Below, in pieces: positions 38,980 to 49,304 of a stretch of 64,000 nucleotides of DNA (the stretch's first letter is position 1; the number at the start of each line of letters is the position of its first letter). The stretch lies in the NCBI GenBank assembly GCA_048937405.1, contig JBHLNF010000002.1, forward strand, positions 128,001 through 192,000. The letters run 5' to 3'. A program made the translations under genes and the position numbers. The notes beneath the pieces were generated by a model, which saw only the letters and a list, made by a program, of their open reading frames with translations, had not been told where the DNA came from and did no database searches. The stretch is from Promethearchaeota archaeon. Lineage in GTDB: Archaea; Asgardarchaeota; Lokiarchaeia; Sigyniarchaeales; SOKP01.

Positions 38980-41307
38980 ATGACACTATTTATGGTAAAT
39001 TTCGAAGAATTTTTACATTTTATAAAGAATCAAGATTATTATGATAACCAAGTCTTTCACATCGAGCATATTCCCGCACAAGAGGCTAGTTTTAGTACTT
39101 TACAAAAACCCCTTCGAAAACGTCTTCAGCGTTGGTTAGATACAAATAACATTAAATTATGGCGACATCAAGCAGAAGCGATTAATAAGATTCGAGAAGG
39201 ACAAAACACTGTAATTGTGACATCTACAGCCTCAGGGAAATCTCTTTGTTATAATTTACCAGTTTTACAATCGATACTGGAAAATCCTAAAACTACTGCA
39301 CTATATGTCTTCCCAACAAAGGCATTAGCTAGAGATCAATTTAATGTTATTTCAGAAATGCTTGAAGAAACCAATATAAAACAAAATAGAATAGGAGTAT
39401 ATGATGGAGACGTAGAACCTATTGAAAAAAGACAGGTTTTATCAGATGCAAATATTATCATTACCAATCCCTATGGATTACATTTTTATTTACCTTGGTT
39501 TAAACAAAAATGGAATCGAATTTGTAAAAATCTAAAATATATTGTCTTAGATGAGATTCATATTTATAGAGGGATTTTTGGCTCTAATTTCGCGTTTTTA
39601 CTTAGACGATTGAAAAGAATGCTTGAAACATATAATATTAAACCTTTATGGATTTTATCAAGTGCTACCATCTTTAATCCGAAAGAATTCGCTGAAAAAT
39701 TGGTAGGTGAAGAGTTCAAAGTAGTAGATAAAGATTCTTCTCCATCTGGAGCCAAAAATGTGATTTTATGGGACTTACCATACGATGAAATATCAAATAA
39801 ATATCGCTCCAGCCATCAAGAGACAAAAAATTTATTCATTAGCCATTTAAATCAAGGTATCCAAACTTTAACTTTTACACTTTCAAGAAAAATGGCAGAA
39901 TTACTGACTATATGGACTAGAAACGCTTTACCTTCGCTAAAAAATAAAATATTTAGTTATAGGGCTGGAATCAGTAAAAAAAAGAGGAGGGAAATTGAGA
40001 AAAACTTCAAAAAAAAGACTATCTTGGGAATTAGCTCAACTAATGCATTAGAACTAGGAATAGATATCGGTTCTTTAGATGCAACAATTAGTTCTGGCTT
40101 TCCAGGAACCATCTCAAGTTTCAAACAGCAAATTGGCCGTTCAGGCAGAGGAACTGATATATCTATCTCAACTCTTATTCCAATGCAAAATCCTTTAGAT
40201 CTTTTTTATATCCACAATCCTGACAAACTATTTGGTCCTATACAAGAAAAAGTTCTAATCACATTGAAAAATAAGTATATTGTTAAAAACCATATTTGCT
40301 GTGCAAGTAAGGAAAAATCAATAACAATAGAGGAGTATAATAAATTTGGAATTCAAGATAAGAGTACATTTGCTGATTATTTAGAAGAACTAACTTCAGA
40401 ATCATTATTAATGAAAAGAAGAGATCGCTATTATTGGAATAGTGATTTTTTTCCTAATGAAAAGTATGGCTTAAATGATCTTTCAAATCGTAGTTATAAA
40501 ATTTTATTAAGAACTAATGCTGGCAATGAATTTTTAACTGTTGAAGATGAAAGTTATGTTTTTCGAGATCTACACCAGGGAGCAGTCTATTTATATGAAT
40601 CAGAGTCTTATATCGTAGAAGAACTCGATTTAAATGAGAGATTAGTATATTTGAAAAGATCAAATGTCGATTTTTATACTCAATCCTTAAAACACACCGA
40701 TATCACTCCTCTCGAAATTATTTCAGAAAGTAAAATAGGTCGAAAAAATGAGATTGAAGCTTTTTTTGGAAAGGTAAAAGTAGAGCACGAATATTATTCC
40801 TATAAAGTTATCGATACATTAACTCAAGAAATAAAATCTAGACACCCTTTAGAAGATATTCCTCTCATCCAATTTGAAAGCCAAGCACTTTGGTACTTAA
40901 TCCCTTTTGAATACCAAAAAGAATTAGAGTTAGCCGGTTTTGATATTGGAGGTACAATTCATGCTATTGAACATGCTATGATTGCAGTAGCTCCAACCTT
41001 AGCCCAAATATCTCGGTGGGATCTAGGAGGAGTTTCAATCGACTTTGACCCTGTTAAACAACAACCTATAATTTACATTTATGACGCCTACAGAGGAGGT
41101 ATTGGCATAGCAGAAACATTATATCATAATTTACACAAATTAATGAAACTTACGTACAGTTTAATTGATTCTTGTAATTGTAATCCATCGATCACACCGG
41201 AAGGATGCCCATGCTGTACTCTATCACCAAAATGTGGCTCAAATAATGATCCACTTTCAAAAAAAGGCGCTCTTTTTCTATTACAACGACTCTTAGGAAT
41301 GGAATGA
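38980..41307 (+). CDS. DEAD/DEAH helicase with C-terminal Zn-binding DUF1998 domain (Hrq1/MrfA-like)
   Basis: TASGKS, PTKAL, DEIH, SAT, ALELGID, QQIGRSGR, HAIEH, C.C...GCPCC..SPKC. Confidence 0.92.
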   Translation: MTLFMVNFEEFLHFIKNQDYYDNQVFHIEHIPAQEASFSTLQKPLRKRLQRWLDTNNIKLWRHQAEAINKIREGQNTVIVTSTASGKSLCYNLPVLQSILENPKTTALYVFPTKALARDQFNVISEMLEETNIKQNRIGVYDGDVEPIEKRQVLSDANIIITNPYGLHFYLPWFKQKWNRICKNLKYIVLDEIHIYRGIFGSNFAFLLRRLKRMLETYNIKPLWILSSATIFNPKEFAEKLVGEEFKVVDKDSSPSGAKNVILWDLPYDEISNKYRSSHQETKNLFISHLNQGIQTLTFTLSRKMAELLTIWTRNALPSLKNKIFSYRAGISKKKRREIEKNFKKKTILGISSTNALELGIDIGSLDATISSGFPGTISSFKQQIGRSGRGTDISISTLIPMQNPLDLFYIHNPDKLFGPIQEKVLITLKNKYIVKNHICCASKEKSITIEEYNKFGIQDKSTFADYLEELTSESLLMKRRDRYYWNSDFFPNEKYGLNDLSNRSYKILLRTNAGNEFLTVEDESYVFRDLHQGAVYLYESESYIVEELDLNERLVYLKRSNVDFYTQSLKHTDITPLEIISESKIGRKNEIEAFFGKVKVEHEYYSYKVIDTLTQEIKSRHPLEDIPLIQFESQALWYLIPFEYQKELELAGFDIGGTIHAIEHAMIAVAPTLAQISRWDLGGVSIDFDPVKQQPIIYIYDAYRGGIGIAETLYHNLHKLMKLTYSLIDSCNCNPSITPEGCPCCTLSPKCGSNNDPLSKKGALFLLQRLLGME

Positions 41308-41521
41308 CTATTTATAGTAATAGGATAAATCATTGATTGATTTACTTCTTCAGTATTCACAGACTTCACCAACTCACTCGAATTCATTCTTCTAGATAAA
41401 TAATACGATCTTTTAAAAAAAAATAATATTCAATAATACTAATTATTAAGACAATTTTTACGTGATCAATTTTTTTAAAATGAAAAAAAAAAAATTTTGG
41501 ATTATAATTTAAGGATTTCTC

Positions 41522-44500
41522 TTACTTTTTATCATCAGTATGAATTACAATGTTTCCTCCTTGTAGTATGCCCAAGGGATCAAAACCAGCTCTATGATAT
41601 ATCTGTCCGATCTTGTCATAGACTTTTATCTGGAATACATCGTCTCCTTCATCGTTGTACTCATCCCAAACATCCACTCTCATCCTATAATTTCCCTCAC
41701 TCCAGGCAAGTTCTCCCGTTTTAGAGTTATATTTTTGAACAACGCATTTTGCTTCGAAAAAAGAGTGATTCCCTATAATAGCCATTCCCTCCCAAGCGTT
41801 TGACTTGATGATATACTCCCAATCACCTTCTCTATAGACATAAATCGCCTGACCTTTTGGGAGCCCATTCTTTTTATATTTTACATTGAACCCAAAGTTT
41901 CCTTTCCTTCCAGTTTCATCCCAAATCCATCCTCCACCTGTAACAAAATCACCTGTAGGTTCATAAATAGTGAGGGCAACCAAGTCCGAAGAATCTCCCT
42001 GATAGTAATCATTTAAACCAGGACTAAAGACGACTTTTATAAGATAACAGTTTTCTGGTAAATTAGGGACTTCAATTTCAAATACTCCTACTCCGTCAAC
42101 AAACGTAAATTCAACCATAAAGGGTCCATAAGATTCCTTTGGAACAAGTGAATCTGGCATAGGGCAATCGTAAATATAAAATGTAACATAAATTTTGTTG
42201 AGATCACCCCAGTAAAGATCAGCATCATCATAAACGGTCACTCTAAGTGTAATTGTATCTACAGTTGTAGGTATGACAGTAGAACCTGTATAGGTTAAAA
42301 CTACGAATTCTTTCTCTATGGTAAATCCAGCTGAATCAGAATCAGCTAGATACATACCATCCCCTTCAAACACCGCAGTAACAGTATAGAAATCGCCTGC
42401 TGGTTGGAGTAGTATGAGTTCAATGCTAGCAACACCAGAAGAATCTGTAACAACAGACACTGTTTGAGAACCTATGGTAAATATTATTGTTTTACCAGAG
42501 ATTGGGTCTCCTGTGACTACATCGAAGAGTTTAGCTTGAAGCTGGACAGGATCAGAGTAGAACCCACTAGTATCTCCTATATAGGTAAGGTCGCAGGTAT
42601 TTACAATCACATCCAATGATTTCATTCCTTCTGCATTACCAGCTTTATCGATACTATAATATTCAATCGTATGAAATCCTGCATCGGGTATTGTGAATGT
42701 GGTCATATCACCGTAGTGAGTAACCCAAGCACCATCATCTATGCGATATTTTATTGCAGCAACACCAAAACCATCACCATCCTGTGCTGTTATAACCAAT
42801 TCAGTAATAGCAGATATAAGATATGGTTCTTCTGTTCCTTGAAAAGGTGGGAGAATAGTAAGTGTAGATATTGGATCTGTTATATCCTTAACTGTAACCA
42901 TTAAGCTATCGATTCCTACCCCTCCATCATCATCAACTATCTTTAGATACACTGTATAGATACCAGGTACCTGATAAACATGAGTTGGTTTTAATGTATC
43001 TGATTTCACATAACCAGCTCCTTCCCCAAAATTCCAGTAATAGGTGTATTCATCTGCTCCAGGATCGGTGAAACTTCCACTGAAAAAAGTGGTATCTCCC
43101 TCGTTAATTTCCTGATCTGATCCTGCTATGGATGTAGGGGCTACATTGGAAACCGTAATATTTATTGGAGTAAGATAAACTACGTGTAGATCCTCAATAT
43201 TAACTGAACATCCAGGCATGAATGTAACAATATTAGTTCTTGATTGACCAACAATTCTAAACTGCATAGAACCATCGTCCCTATAATAGTCATCTGAACT
43301 ATTCGTCCAAGATACATCCCAAGATTTATCTGCCGCCTTAAGACCGGTTTTTTGCCAAATTAAAATCCAATTTTCTTGATCGTCTTGTACGTATAGCTTC
43401 ACATATCCACCATAATCAAATAAACTATTTGTATAATTTATCCTACATTCAACTCTATATGAATCTGGTGGCATAGTGTTGTCATAATATGGATTTATAA
43501 AACAGAAATTAAGGTTTGCTCTGGTAGTTGATGTATCTAAAATCGCGCATGGGAACCCTGTAATATCGAAATTTCCATTACCCCTATTGTTTCCACCATG
43601 ACTTGACAAAAAAACTTTAAACTCAGGTGTAAATGACTGATAGAAAGCATATTTTCTACCATCATCATCTTCTACTATTATGTTAATAATATAATCATCA
43701 TATGGTGTTCCACTAGGATTATCATCTGAGTATGTATGTGTCTCAGAAATTGAATTGGTACCTGCGGGATAGTTAAATTCCTCTAGTGGTGAACCATCGC
43801 CCCAGTCTATAGTTACTAGAAACGTATCTAATGTACTAGGATCTTTAATTGTCGCAGATAAAGTACACCTGCTTCCCTCATCAATAGACGTAGCACTCAA
43901 TCCATCAAGTATAGGATCGACATTAACTATAATAATACTAGCCAATGCTGTATCTGTGTGTAAAGAATTGGAAACCTCTACCATAACGGTTCCCGAATAA
44001 TCATCAGACCAGGTTCCCGAATAAGCATCAGACCAGATTGGATTATCGCTCCAAGGAGTATCCCATTTTCCATCATTTTCAAAATCCCATCTATATAGAA
44101 GTGGATCTCCATTAAGGTCAAAAGAATCGCTTGCATCTAAAGTTACATGTGATCCTTCATCACCATAATACGGACCACCAGCACTCGGTATAGGCTTATA
44201 ATTTACTTTTACGCGCAAATCCTTAATTTTAACATAACAGGTAGGCATGTCACCTGGAGTACCAGTATGAGATTCACCAACAATTTTAAATTGCATAGAA
44301 CCATCATATCTATAAAACTCATCTGTATTAAAAAACAGTTCTACAGGCCATGTTTTTTCTTCAGAGGGCAACCCCCCAGAACAGTAGATATTTCCCCTAC
44401 CCCATACCCCTTCCCATTCCCCATCATCCCGTTGTATGTATAGTGTTACATTTCCAAGATTGTCATTTCTCGATACCAACGGAGGAAATAATATATTATT

Positions 44501-46555
44501 ACTATAAGTAACAGTACAACTAATTGTATAGGAGTCTGGTGCGCCATAATCTCCAAAATAAGGATTATTAAAACCGAAATTAAGCCTAGCCTGGGTACCT
44601 GAGTAATATGCACCTCCCTGGTGGTATTTCCCTCTTATCGAGAGATTTCCATTACCCATGTTATCAAGCTGAGAATCTAGAACTTCAACTGTGTAGAAAA
44701 CAGGATACTGATTTATATAATCTAAAAATTCCTCGGTTTTACAATACTGACCAACAGTATACACTCCATCTTTAGGAAAGAGGTCATCAGAAGCATAATT
44801 TAAATGAACGCGTAGATTATATATCTCAACTCTTACAGTTGGTTTTCTTGAAACAAGGAGATCTGGAGAATCTATGGACTCACCGACAATTTTAAAATTC
44901 ATAGAACCATCGTCCCTATAGTACTCATCTGAAGTTTCTGTCCATGTTACATTAAACCATGTTTCATCTGTACTACTAAGACCGGTCTTTTCCCATATTG
45001 AAATCCAGTTTTCTTGATCGTCCTGTACATATAGCTTTACATATCCATTCTTATCATTTCCATTATCATAAGTAATAGTGCATTTAACTATATATGAATC
45101 TGGTGGGCCAGAATTTTCATAATAGGGATTAATAAAGCCGAAATTAAGCCTTGCTCTAGTAGTGGAGGTATCACCAAGGGCTGCTAGATACCCTTCAATA
45201 TGGAAATGTCCATTACCCATGTTATCAAGGTTCGTAGATACTATATTTTCAACTTTATACTCGGATGTATAATACTGACCAACAGTATACACTTCTTCTA
45301 TAGGAAATATGTCTTCTTGGGAGTAATCTATTTCTACGCGTAAATCTTCAATCGTAACCTCACATTTAGCGCTACCACCATCAATATCAGTAATAGATTG
45401 GCCGACAAGTTTAAAATTCATAGAACCATCGCCCCTTAAATATTCAAATGAATTATTAGTCCATGATCGATCTTGCCATTGCTTAAAGCCGAGACTAAGA
45501 CCATATTTCTCAAATATAGGAATCCACGCTCCATCATCTCGTAATATATATAGAACCACATTTCCATCAATACCCCAATTAAAAGATGTGATAGAAAATT
45601 TAACTGTATATGTGGGGCGACCATCATCGACATGAAGGGGATTATTCACTCCGAAAGTAAGACTTGCTTTGGGATTAATGTTTTTAATGAAAGGGGGTAT
45701 ATACAATCCTTCAATAATAAAATGCCCATTACCCATATTATCATTACCTTGAGATAATGTATTTACAAGATCTTCGGGGTTATATTTCTGCCCAATTGTA
45801 TACAACTCTTCTATAGGAAGTAAGTTATCAATATCATATTTTAGTTCAACACGTAGATTGGTAATCTTAACTCTAACAGAAGGGTATTGTGGAAGACCCG
45901 GGGAATAGGTTATAGACTCACCGACAATTTTAAAATTCATAGAACCATCGTCCCTATAGTACTCATCTGAAAGCATCCGTTCTACATGCCATTTTTCAGC
46001 TACCCCATCAAGATCATATTGTTCAAATATAGGAAACCATTCTCCATCATCTCGTACAATGGATAGAATTACGGATCCATTAATGTCATTCCAATTATTA
46101 TATGACACATCACATTTAACAGTATAAGAAGCTGGTATGCCAGAGTTTTTATAATAGGGATTATTAAAACCAAAATTAAGCCTTGCTCTGGTAGTGCAGG
46201 TATCAAAAGGAGCCGCCATGGGCCCACTAATATGGAAATGTCCATTACCCATATTATCAAGGCTCTGAGATAATATATCGGCTACTTTATTCTCGGATTT
46301 ATAATATTGACCGACAGCATATACCTCTTTATCAATATAGGTTGGATTAGATAGTGCTAAATTATTTTCTATATTTTCAGCTTTATTTTCATCTACGTCT
46401 TTATCAATGTAGGTTGGATTAGATAATGGTAAATTTTTTTCTTTATGTTTATCAGCATCGTATATAGGGCTTGTCCCTACCATTGTACCAATAAATATTA
46501 AAAGAGAAAAAATTATAATTAATCTTTTTTTTACAGAAGAAATCATTGATTTCAC
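41522..46555 (-). CDS. Large secreted protein with five copies of a ~175-aa repeat, PKD/Ig-like domains and C-terminal beta domain
   Basis: Signal peptide; five R.DGSM.F..VG.S repeats; PKD motifs YRWDF..DG, IDWGDG, YYWNFGEG; FVTGGGWI...FGFNVKY C-terminus. Confidence 0.85.
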   Translation of the reverse strand: MKSMISSVKKRLIIIFSLLIFIGTMVGTSPIYDADKHKEKNLPLSNPTYIDKDVDENKAENIENNLALSNPTYIDKEVYAVGQYYKSENKVADILSQSLDNMGNGHFHISGPMAAPFDTCTTRARLNFGFNNPYYKNSGIPASYTVKCDVSYNNWNDINGSVILSIVRDDGEWFPIFEQYDLDGVAEKWHVERMLSDEYYRDDGSMNFKIVGESITYSPGLPQYPSVRVKITNLRVELKYDIDNLLPIEELYTIGQKYNPEDLVNTLSQGNDNMGNGHFIIEGLYIPPFIKNINPKASLTFGVNNPLHVDDGRPTYTVKFSITSFNWGIDGNVVLYILRDDGAWIPIFEKYGLSLGFKQWQDRSWTNNSFEYLRGDGSMNFKLVGQSITDIDGGSAKCEVTIEDLRVEIDYSQEDIFPIEEVYTVGQYYTSEYKVENIVSTNLDNMGNGHFHIEGYLAALGDTSTTRARLNFGFINPYYENSGPPDSYIVKCTITYDNGNDKNGYVKLYVQDDQENWISIWEKTGLSSTDETWFNVTWTETSDEYYRDDGSMNFKIVGESIDSPDLLVSRKPTVRVEIYNLRVHLNYASDDLFPKDGVYTVGQYCKTEEFLDYINQYPVFYTVEVLDSQLDNMGNGNLSIRGKYHQGGAYYSGTQARLNFGFNNPYFGDYGAPDSYTISCTVTYSNNILFPPLVSRNDNLGNVTLYIQRDDGEWEGVWGRGNIYCSGGLPSEEKTWPVELFFNTDEFYRYDGSMQFKIVGESHTGTPGDMPTCYVKIKDLRVKVNYKPIPSAGGPYYGDEGSHVTLDASDSFDLNGDPLLYRWDFENDGKWDTPWSDNPIWSDAYSGTWSDDYSGTVMVEVSNSLHTDTALASIIIVNVDPILDGLSATSIDEGSRCTLSATIKDPSTLDTFLVTIDWGDGSPLEEFNYPAGTNSISETHTYSDDNPSGTPYDDYIINIIVEDDDGRKYAFYQSFTPEFKVFLSSHGGNNRGNGNFDITGFPCAILDTSTTRANLNFCFINPYYDNTMPPDSYRVECRINYTNSLFDYGGYVKLYVQDDQENWILIWQKTGLKAADKSWDVSWTNSSDDYYRDDGSMQFRIVGQSRTNIVTFMPGCSVNIEDLHVVYLTPINITVSNVAPTSIAGSDQEINEGDTTFFSGSFTDPGADEYTYYWNFGEGAGYVKSDTLKPTHVYQVPGIYTVYLKIVDDDGGVGIDSLMVTVKDITDPISTLTILPPFQGTEEPYLISAITELVITAQDGDGFGVAAIKYRIDDGAWVTHYGDMTTFTIPDAGFHTIEYYSIDKAGNAEGMKSLDVIVNTCDLTYIGDTSGFYSDPVQLQAKLFDVVTGDPISGKTIIFTIGSQTVSVVTDSSGVASIELILLQPAGDFYTVTAVFEGDGMYLADSDSAGFTIEKEFVVLTYTGSTVIPTTVDTITLRVTVYDDADLYWGDLNKIYVTFYIYDCPMPDSLVPKESYGPFMVEFTFVDGVGVFEIEVPNLPENCYLIKVVFSPGLNDYYQGDSSDLVALTIYEPTGDFVTGGGWIWDETGRKGNFGFNVKYKKNGLPKGQAIYVYREGDWEYIIKSNAWEGMAIIGNHSFFEAKCVVQKYNSKTGELAWSEGNYRMRVDVWDEYNDEGDDVFQIKVYDKIGQIYHRAGFDPLGILQGGNIVIHTDDKK

Positions 46556-46770
46556 ATTTTTAATTTTTAATTCGTAATTTCTAATTTAATTTTTAAGTAA
46601 ATGGATTTCAAGTAAAGTTATAAGAAGATATTGATTTTAAATATAACGACAAAATAGTCAAATTTCACTTTTACGATTTATCATGAAATAAGTTAAAATT
46701 GTTTTTGATTAAATAACTAATGACCTAATAATAGATTAGGCAAATACAAAATACTAAGAAGCTGAGAGAT

Positions 46771-47214
46771 TTAGAATTTCCTAACAACTGAAGTGGTTAA
46801 ACCTATTTTGTAATAAGTTCGATGAAAAGCATAGGCAGAGCAGTTGCATAAACTCCTAAGATTTGCTTGAATAAGTCGTGGCTTATTTTTATTGTTTTTA
46901 TCTAACAGATCCGTTACATATATAATAACTGCGATCTGAGATGTAAGAGAAGACCAAAAAAACAATGACTCTAATTTAGATTTTAATATTTGAGCATTGG
47001 TTTTTGCCCGTTTATAATCAAACAAAGGGGCTAACCTTTGTTTTAACTCTTGATATGTTAGGATAGGTTTTCTAAAATTTAGTAAAAATTTTATTTGCTC
47101 TTCATTTAGAATAGTTTTTAAGATTTTAAGTAAAGTTTCATTAGCTTGGAATAAAGGATTACCACTAGCTCTTACTATTATTTTGGCTGCTTTATACCAT
47201 ATCTTTTCTGACAT
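46771..47214 (-). CDS. Hypothetical protein, possibly chimeric
   Basis: 147-aa ORF with ATG start. Confidence 0.45.
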   Translation of the reverse strand: MSEKIWYKAAKIIVRASGNPLFQANETLLKILKTILNEEQIKFLLNFRKPILTYQELKQRLAPLFDYKRAKTNAQILKSKLESLFFWSSLTSQIAVIIYVTDLLDKNNKNKPRLIQANLRSLCNCSAYAFHRTYYKIGLTTSVVRKF

Positions 47215-47446
47215 CTTTAAAATAGCTTATTTGAAATTGATAAGCAACTTTCTTTCTTATTATATTATACTACTGGGATAAAACTTATCTATTAAGATTT
47301 GAGATCACTAAGATTCCAAATTGAAAATAGTTTTTAGACATTTGATTTTAATGTAAAATATTTAAAGACTAAAATTATATTTATACTTAACATCAAATAA
47401 AACCCATAGAATCGGGTATAAAGAATAAAATTCTTAGGTATTTGAG

Positions 47447-47974
47447 TTGTCATACACTTCGACATATAAAATAGTAATATTTGGAGATAGTCAAACGGGT
47501 AAAACCACATTAACTCATAGGTTTTTAACGAATTTATTTAAAGAAGACATTACAATGACACTCGGAGTAGATTTTCATCTTAAAACCATTGAATCAGATG
47601 GAGAGATGGTAAAACTTCAAATATGGGATTTTGCAGGGGAAGAACGATTTAGATTTTTATTTCCTTCTTATATAAAAGGTGCCAATGGTGCTGTTTTTAT
47701 GTATGACATTACTAATTATGGATCACTTGCTCATGTAGATGATTGGTTTGAAATCATAGAAAAAGAAATCGACTATGAATTACCTATAATTTTTGTTGGT
47801 GGAAAAACAGATTTAATTCATTTAAAAGAAGTTTCTACAAGAAAGGCAATGGATTTGGCTGGAAGCAAAGGAGCAAATGGATTTATAGAATGTAGTTCAA
47901 AAACTGGTGAAAATATTGCTAAGATTTTTGATTTATTAACAAAATTAATTCTTAGAAATAGAAATTCAATATAG
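47447..47974 (+). CDS. Rab-like small GTPase
   Basis: GDSQTGKT, TLGVDF, WDFAGEERF, GKTD, CSSK. Confidence 0.92.
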   Translation: MSYTSTYKIVIFGDSQTGKTTLTHRFLTNLFKEDITMTLGVDFHLKTIESDGEMVKLQIWDFAGEERFRFLFPSYIKGANGAVFMYDITNYGSLAHVDDWFEIIEKEIDYELPIIFVGGKTDLIHLKEVSTRKAMDLAGSKGANGFIECSSKTGENIAKIFDLLTKLILRNRNSI

Positions 47975-48091
47975 CTTTAACTTATTATGCTCTAATAATT
48001 TTTAATTTGCATTATTAAATCAGGAATTACATAGAAAAGGATTTTAGCAGTATTTAATTATATTTTTTACTAAAAGAAATCGTGATTTTAA

Positions 48092-48559
48092 ATTAAAATC
48101 TTTGAAGCTACAAAAAAAAATATCTATGAAATTGTTGAACTATGGAAAGAACTTGCTGATCGTCATTCAAAAATTGATTCCTTTTTTACCAGGAGTAAAA
48201 ATGGTCATGTAAACTTTAAATCATTTATCACATAATTAATTAATTCTGATGAGGCAAAAATATTCATAGCAATAGATAATACAAAAATAATTGGATATAC
48301 AATTGCTAAAATAGATCGATATCCTCCATTGTATTTATTAGAAAAACATGGGGCGATTTATGATATGCTCGTTACATCAAAGTATAGGAAAAGAGGTATT
48401 AGAAAAAAACTATGGCAAAATGCTCTTAACTGGTTCAGATCATTAGATATAGAAAGAGTAGAACTTAGTATTGTACCTTCTAATCCCGAGGCTTCCTCTT
48501 TCTGGAAGAAACAAGGATTTCAAGACTATATGCATAAGCTTTTTATCGAAATTAAATAA
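48092..48559 (+). pseudogene. GNAT acetyltransferase with premature stop
   Basis: Frame IKIFEATKK...FIT*LINSDE...PPLYLLE continuous with ORF 48329..48559; TAA at 48233-48235; motif A reads RKRGIRKKL. Confidence 0.75.
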
Positions 48560-48682
48560 GAATCAAATTCATATTTTTTAATTACTAGCTTTGTACTCAA
48601 GTTTTTCAAATCTAGAGTTAATAGGAAAAACTTTATGATTTGTTAAAACAATTTTTTAAACCAAACTAATCCAATATTAATT

Positions 48683-49189
48683 ATGAATGTGTCAAAAGAT
48701 CTTAAATGGAATGATATTACTTCACCAACAATGACTCCGGAAGAATTCCTGAATATTTATAAGGAGAAAATTGAAAAAGTCTATGAAATGTATGAACCTA
48801 AAGTAGACACTCTTGATAAAATAAAAGATGTTCTTAAGAATAAAAAAGGAAAACTTCATATAATTGCTCTAGGTGCTGATTGGTGTCCAGATTGTTCGAA
48901 AAATATACCTAGAATAATAAAAATAGTGAATTATGCTAAAACTCAAGATATTGATTTGAAGATTTTATATGGTATTATGGTGAATGCTCTTCATAAACCA
49001 GGAGAAACAATCTGGCATAAAAAATGTTCACCTCCAGAAGCAACAGATCCCAAGTTTAATTTGAAAGCTATACCAACTTTTTATTTCTTTAATGAAGCTG
49101 GTGAATACATTGGTGCTATAGTAGAAAATCCGAGGTTAAACTCAACACTTGAAGAGGATATTTTGGAAATTTTGGAGGGAAAATGGTAA
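48683..49189 (+). CDS. Thioredoxin family protein
   Basis: WCPDC active site, IPTF cis-Pro motif. Confidence 0.88.
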   Translation: MNVSKDLKWNDITSPTMTPEEFLNIYKEKIEKVYEMYEPKVDTLDKIKDVLKNKKGKLHIIALGADWCPDCSKNIPRIIKIVNYAKTQDIDLKILYGIMVNALHKPGETIWHKKCSPPEATDPKFNLKAIPTFYFFNEAGEYIGAIVENPRLNSTLEEDILEILEGKW

Positions 49190-49304
49190 AACTTCTCTAA
49201 AGCATTACTTTCTTTTTCCATATCTTTTTTTGTCATAATATTGTTATTTAAATAACACATCAAAAGCATCAAGATTTAAATTCTAAATAAGTTATAATAA
49301 TTTT

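Noticed and set aside
48233-48235. Stop-codon readthrough in the GNAT gene
   Set aside because: TAA stop plus a damaged acetyl-CoA motif fits simple pseudogenisation
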